Source: Pasteurella multocida
GTDB taxonomy: Bacteria; Pseudomonadota; Gammaproteobacteria; Enterobacterales; Pasteurellaceae
NCBI RefSeq assembly: GCF_900187275.1
Contig: NZ_LT906458.1
Span: 1,410,001-1,442,000 of the forward strand
Direction of reading: 5' to 3'
DNA: 32,000 bases
Below the pieces are notes generated by a model. That model saw nothing but the letters and a program-made list of their open reading frames with translations, ran no database searches and had not been told where the DNA came from. Positions 31,114-32,000 of this stretch are shown piece by piece (the stretch's first letter is position 1; each line of letters opens with the position of its first letter). Position numbers and translations under genes: made by a program.

Positions 31114-31134
31114 ATGTAAGCGGGTCTTTTTTTT
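31104..31134 (+). terminator. Leu attenuator (rho-independent terminator)
   Basis: AGACCCGC (31104-31111) / GCGGGTCT (31120-31127), 8-bp stem followed by TTTTTTT. Confidence 0.9.
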
Positions 31135-31207
31135 ATGAAAACGAAAAAAGACGACTGTACTTAAATACTCGAAATAGCACAACACGAACAACAATAAGGA
31201 TCCTAAT

Positions 31208-32000
31208 ATGGCAGACAATATCATTATTTTTGACACCACATTACGTGATGGCGAACAGGCATTAAAAGCCAGCTTAACGGTAAAAGAAAAATTACAAATT
31301 GCCTTCGCCTTGGAACGTTTAGGCGTGGATGTCATGGAAGTGGGGTTCCCCATTTCGTCTGCTGGGGATTTTGAATCGGTGCAAACCATTGCCCGCCATA
31401 TTAAGAATAGCCGCGTTTGTGCTTTATCTCGCGCTGTGGATAAAGATATTGATGCTGCAGCAGAAGCGTTGAAAGTAGCGGAGGCATTCCGTATTCACAC
31501 GTTTATTGCCACGTCTGCTTTACATGTGGAAGCCAAATTACGTCGTACCTTTGAAGATGTGGTCGATATGGCGATCAATGCCGTGAAACGCGCGAGAAAC
31601 TACACCGATGATGTGGAGTTTTCTTGTGAAGATGCAGGGCGTACTGGTGTGGATAATATCTGCCGTATTGTAGAAGCCGCAATTAAAGCCGGTGCCACGA
31701 CTGTCAATATTCCCGATACTGTCGGCTACTGTTTGCCATATCAATACGGCGATATTATTGCGAATGTGATGAATCGTGTACCAAACATTGATAAAGCGAT
31801 TATTTCTGTGCATTGCCACAATGATTTAGGGATGGCAACTGCCAATTCATTAACAGCGGTTCAAAATGGCGCACGACAAATTGAATGTACTATTAACGGG
31901 ATCGGTGAACGTGCCGGTAATACCGCATTAGAAGAAGTAGTGATGGCAATTAAAACACGCCAAGATATGTTCAATGGTTTAGATACTCGCATTAACACAC
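31208..32000 (+). CDS. leuA: 2-isopropylmalate synthase, N-terminal part, truncated by the window edge
   Basis: [48 protein letters not shown]...[16 protein letters not shown]...[13 protein letters not shown]. Confidence 0.97.
   Translation, partial: MADNIIIFDTTLRDGEQALKASLTVKEKLQIAFALERLGVDVMEVGFPISSAGDFESVQTIARHIKNSRVCALSRAVDKDIDAAAEALKVAEAFRIHTFIATSALHVEAKLRRTFEDVVDMAINAVKRARNYTDDVEFSCEDAGRTGVDNICRIVEAAIKAGATTVNIPDTVGYCLPYQYGDIIANVMNRVPNIDKAIISVHCHNDLGMATANSLTAVQNGARQIECTINGIGERAGNTALEEVVMAIKTRQDMFNGLDTRINT

Noticed and set aside
30784-31119. 111 aa ORF reported by the track over the leu leader
   Set aside because: Spans the promoter and ends inside the attenuator; no family resemblance; the short Leu-rich frame at 31008 explains the region better.
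1-32000. Novel defence, phage or toxin-antitoxin system
   Set aside because: Nearly every substantial ORF is assigned to a housekeeping, efflux or sorbitol/leucine metabolism family. The only mobile element is a single-gene IS200-type insertion without cargo or an adjacent tnpB.

Overview
Mostly ordinary Pasteurellaceae chromosome (Pasteurella multocida-like, inferred from gene content, gene order and AAGTGCGGT uptake signal sequences). On the minus strand: bamA (partial), rseP, cdsA, uppS, dxr, an IS200/IS605-type tnpA element, frr, pyrH, tsf, rpsB. On the plus strand: a four-gene efflux cluster (HlyD-family adaptor, RbbA-like double-ATPase/permease fusion, YhhJ-like permease, outer-membrane efflux lipoprotein). 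Back on the minus strand: ppiD, lon, clpX, clpP, tig and a BON/LysM protein. On the plus strand: a ypfJ-like zinc metallopeptidase, a glucitol/sorbitol PTS operon (srlA-srlE-srlB-srlD-gutM, a HAD phosphatase broken by one in-frame TGA, and a DeoR-family regulator), then a leucine-attenuator leader and leuA (partial). I found no CRISPR array, tRNA/rRNA, prophage, toxin-antitoxin or recognisable defence system, and nothing that supports a wholly new biological system. The most interesting signals are regulatory: an unannotated Leu-rich leader peptide with a terminator/antiterminator upstream of leuA; a sequestered Shine-Dalgarno in the IS200 transcript; insertion of that element directly against the dxr start; the nonsense-mutated HAD phosphatase; a candidate structured rpsB leader; a candidate sigma32 promoter for lon; and a 15-bp hairpin between srlD and gutM.
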